Origin: Candidatus Eiseniibacteriota bacterium
GTDB lineage: Bacteria; Eisenbacteria; RBG-16-71-46; JABDJR01
NCBI GenBank assembly: GCA_963783375.1
Contig: CAWANH010000028.1
Location: forward strand, 1,760,001-1,824,000
Length of the DNA: 64,000 nucleotides
Direction: 5' to 3'
This document shows positions 61,852 to 64,000 of the stretch, one piece after another. The notes beneath the pieces were generated by a model that saw only the letters and a list, made by a program, of their open reading frames with translations, was not told the DNA's origin and did not search any database. A program made the translations under genes and the position numbers. How positions within the stretch are numbered: the first letter of the stretch is position 1; each line of letters begins with the position of its first letter.

Positions 61852-63174
61852 ATGGCGAAATTGAAGGACATCTTGCTCGAGAAGATCGAGGAGCACCGGC
61901 CTCGGACGACCGCGCTCCTCAAGGACCATGCCGACGTGAAGCTCGGCGAGGTCACGATCGGTCAGGCCATCGGGGGCGCGCGCGGGGTGCGCTGCCTGGT
62001 CACCGACATCTCCTACCTGGACCCCATGGAGGGCATTCGTTTCCGGGGAAAGACCATCCCCGAGACCTTCGCCGCCCTCCCCGAGGTCACGGGTCAGGAG
62101 TATCCGTACGTCGAGGGATTCTGGTTCTTCCTCCTCACCGGCCGGATCCCGACCGCGGCCGAAGCCGATGAGGTGGTGGAGGATTTCAAGCGCCGGGCCG
62201 AGGTCCCCCAGTACGTCTTCGACGTGCTCCGGGCCATGCCCCGCGACACCCATCCCATGACCATGTTCTCGGCGGCCATCCTGTCCATGCAGCGCGAATC
62301 CCGGTTCATCCACGAGTACCACAAGGGGATGAACAAGATGGACTACTGGGATCCGATGTACGAGGACGCCTCGACCATCCTGGCCCGGCTTCCCCGGATC
62401 GCCGCCTACATCTACCGCATGAAGTACCGGGGCGATACCCACATCGCCGCCGATCCCAACCTGGACCTGGGCGGAAACTTCGCCCGCATGATGGGGATTC
62501 CCAAGCCCTACGACGACGTGGCCCGGATGTACTTCATCCTCCACTCCGACCACGAGTCGGGGAACGTCTCCGCCCACACCGTGCACCTGGTGGCCTCGGC
62601 GCTGTCCGACTCCTACTACGCCCTCTCCGCGGGCATGAACGGCCTGGCCGGGCCGCTCCACGGGCTGGCCAACGAGGAGGTGCTGCGCTGGACCCAGACC
62701 TTCATGGACAAGCTGGGCGGGAAGCTCCCCACCGAGAAGGAGCTCAAGGACGCACTGTGGGAGACCCTGAACAGCGGCCAGGTGATCCCCGGTTACGGCC
62801 ACGCGGTGCTCCGGAAGACCGACCCGCGCTACATGGCCCAGCGTGAGTTCTGTCTGAAGCACCTGCCGGACTTCCCGCTCTTCAAGCTGGTGAGCATGAT
62901 CTACGAGGTCGCGCCGCCCATCCTGAAGGAGCAGGGGAAGGCCAAGAATCCCTGGCCCAACGTGGATGCCCAGTCCGGGGTCATCCAGTGGTACTACGGG
63001 GTCACCGAGTACGAGTTCTACACCGTGCTGTTCGGGGTGGGGCGCGCGATCGGGACCCTGGCCAACATCATCTGGGACCGCGCCCTGGGTTACCCCATCG
63101 AGCGGCCCAAGTCGGTGACCACGGCCATGCTGGAAGAGGCGGCGAAGAACGCCATGGCGGGATCGGCCAAGTAG
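61852..63174 (+). CDS. gltA: Citrate (Si)-synthase, eukaryote/Geobacter-like type
   Basis: GIRFRG; HPM; HSDHESGNVSAH; GLAGPLHGLANEEV; VIPGYGHAVLRKTDPRY; KNPWPNVDA; IERPKS. RBS GGAG then ATG 61852. Confidence 0.95.
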   Translation: MAKLKDILLEKIEEHRPRTTALLKDHADVKLGEVTIGQAIGGARGVRCLVTDISYLDPMEGIRFRGKTIPETFAALPEVTGQEYPYVEGFWFFLLTGRIPTAAEADEVVEDFKRRAEVPQYVFDVLRAMPRDTHPMTMFSAAILSMQRESRFIHEYHKGMNKMDYWDPMYEDASTILARLPRIAAYIYRMKYRGDTHIAADPNLDLGGNFARMMGIPKPYDDVARMYFILHSDHESGNVSAHTVHLVASALSDSYYALSAGMNGLAGPLHGLANEEVLRWTQTFMDKLGGKLPTEKELKDALWETLNSGQVIPGYGHAVLRKTDPRYMAQREFCLKHLPDFPLFKLVSMIYEVAPPILKEQGKAKNPWPNVDAQSGVIQWYYGVTEYEFYTVLFGVGRAIGTLANIIWDRALGYPIERPKSVTTAMLEEAAKNAMAGSAK

Positions 63175-63196
63175 CCGGGTTCCCGCGTCGATGAAC

Positions 63197-63228
63197 GGGC
63201 CCCGGGGCGCGACGGCGTTCCGGGGCCC
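63197..63228 (+). terminator. Hairpin after citrate synthase (possible terminator)
   Basis: gggccccggggcgc-gacg-gcgttccggggccc; weak U tract. Confidence 0.45.
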
Positions 63229-63299
63229 CTTGCTATAATCCCCGCTCTCATTCACGCTCCGCGTCATGTTGTGCCATTGGTCCGGGAGGAGATCTTCTC

Positions 63300-64000
63300 G
63301 TGAGCGCTGAGAGCGAATCCGGCCGCGAGTTCCTCACCCGGCTCCGCGAGGGTTCGGCCGGCGACGCCGCGGAGAGGGTGGGGGAGGACCTGAACGCCCT
63401 CCTCGGCCTGATCCTGGCCGGGCCCCCTCCCAGCGCCGGAGACCTCGGAAATCTTGCCGTCGCGGACGAATTCCTCGGGTTCGTGGCCGACGGCCGGCTG
63501 GACGAGGCGGTGTCGGCGGATCTCGACCTGGACGCCTTCGCCGCCCTTGGTGAGCGCCTGGCCGAGGCCATGGAGCCGGCCGGTGGACCGGCGGGCGAGC
63601 CGCTGCGTCCCCACGGATGGGGATGGCTCGACGCGGTGCGCCGCCCCGCGCTCCTGGCCCGGATCACCGCGGCCGGGGCGACCGAACGCTTCCTGGATCT
63701 CATCCTCCGGCTGATCGACGCCTCGGGCTACACCCTGGCCCGGATGTTCGCCCAGCGGGTCGAGAGCTACGGACCCACCACGCTCTTTCGGACCGCTTCC
63801 GCGGGGCGGGAGATCCGACACACCTGGCTCGCGGCGGCCGCCCAGGCCGACGGCATCGCCCGGGGCCTCCTCGCCCTCCTGAGCGAAACCGGACGTGGCC
63901 CGGTGGCCGTGCTCTCCGAGAACCGCTTCGAGATGGCTCTGGTGGACATCGCCTGCCTCACCACCGGCATCGTGAACGTGATGATCCCGGCCACCGCCAC
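63300..64000 (+). CDS. AMP-binding (acyl-CoA synthetase-like) protein, 5' part, truncated by the window edge
   Basis: Open frame from GTG 63300 to the end: TLARMFAQRVESYG...VAVLSENRFEMALVDIACLTTGIVNVMIP. A TGCTATAAT extended -10 lies at 63231. Confidence 0.8.
   Translation, partial: MSAESESGREFLTRLREGSAGDAAERVGEDLNALLGLILAGPPPSAGDLGNLAVADEFLGFVADGRLDEAVSADLDLDAFAALGERLAEAMEPAGGPAGEPLRPHGWGWLDAVRRPALLARITAAGATERFLDLILRLIDASGYTLARMFAQRVESYGPTTLFRTASAGREIRHTWLAAAAQADGIARGLLALLSETGRGPVAVLSENRFEMALVDIACLTTGIVNVMIPATA

Noticed and set aside
1-64000. Mobile elements, prophage, rRNA
   Set aside because: No transposase, integrase, phage structural or rRNA signatures were recognised.

Overview
GC-rich bacterial window. 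The likely source is an FCB-related diderm such as Eisenbacteria, Krumholzibacteria or Latescibacteria; this is inferred from FlgD/T9SS-like C-terminal domains (CTDs) and a 'SWGxLK' tail. Left end: tail of a GGDEF-like gene, a hybrid histidine kinase, a tricorn protease and a frameshifted Ser/Thr kinase-ATPase-TPR gene. 8.5-29.8 kb: a secreted-protein island with five consecutive genes carrying a FlgD-Ig/T9SS-like CTD. Its core is three tandem paralogues of a Cys-rich modular surface protein: shared N-terminal domain, DUF11-like domains, a stalk of 2 or ~16 Ig-like modules and one of two alternative C-terminal domains. Each paralogue has its own promoter, ~270-nt leader and terminator, and the largest contains a 963-bp near-identical tandem repeat with shifted codon usage. 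A subtilase and a sigma54-driven PrcB-like gene follow. 29.9-52.6 kb: Wzy-dependent polysaccharide locus (YjbH-like pair, radical SAM, priming GT, WbpB/WbpD-like genes, GTs, SLBB exporter, Wzz, Wzx, Wzy, Wzi). Right end: small zinc-ribbon ORF, PAS sigma54 activator with a probable TPR target, GT-C/PA14 membrane protein, iorB, an IorA-GltD-like fusion, eukaryote-type citrate synthase and a partial AMP-binding enzyme. Several frameshifts look like long-read indel errors. No rRNA, tRNA, CRISPR or mobile element was recognised. All family calls are by motif recognition; no searches were run.
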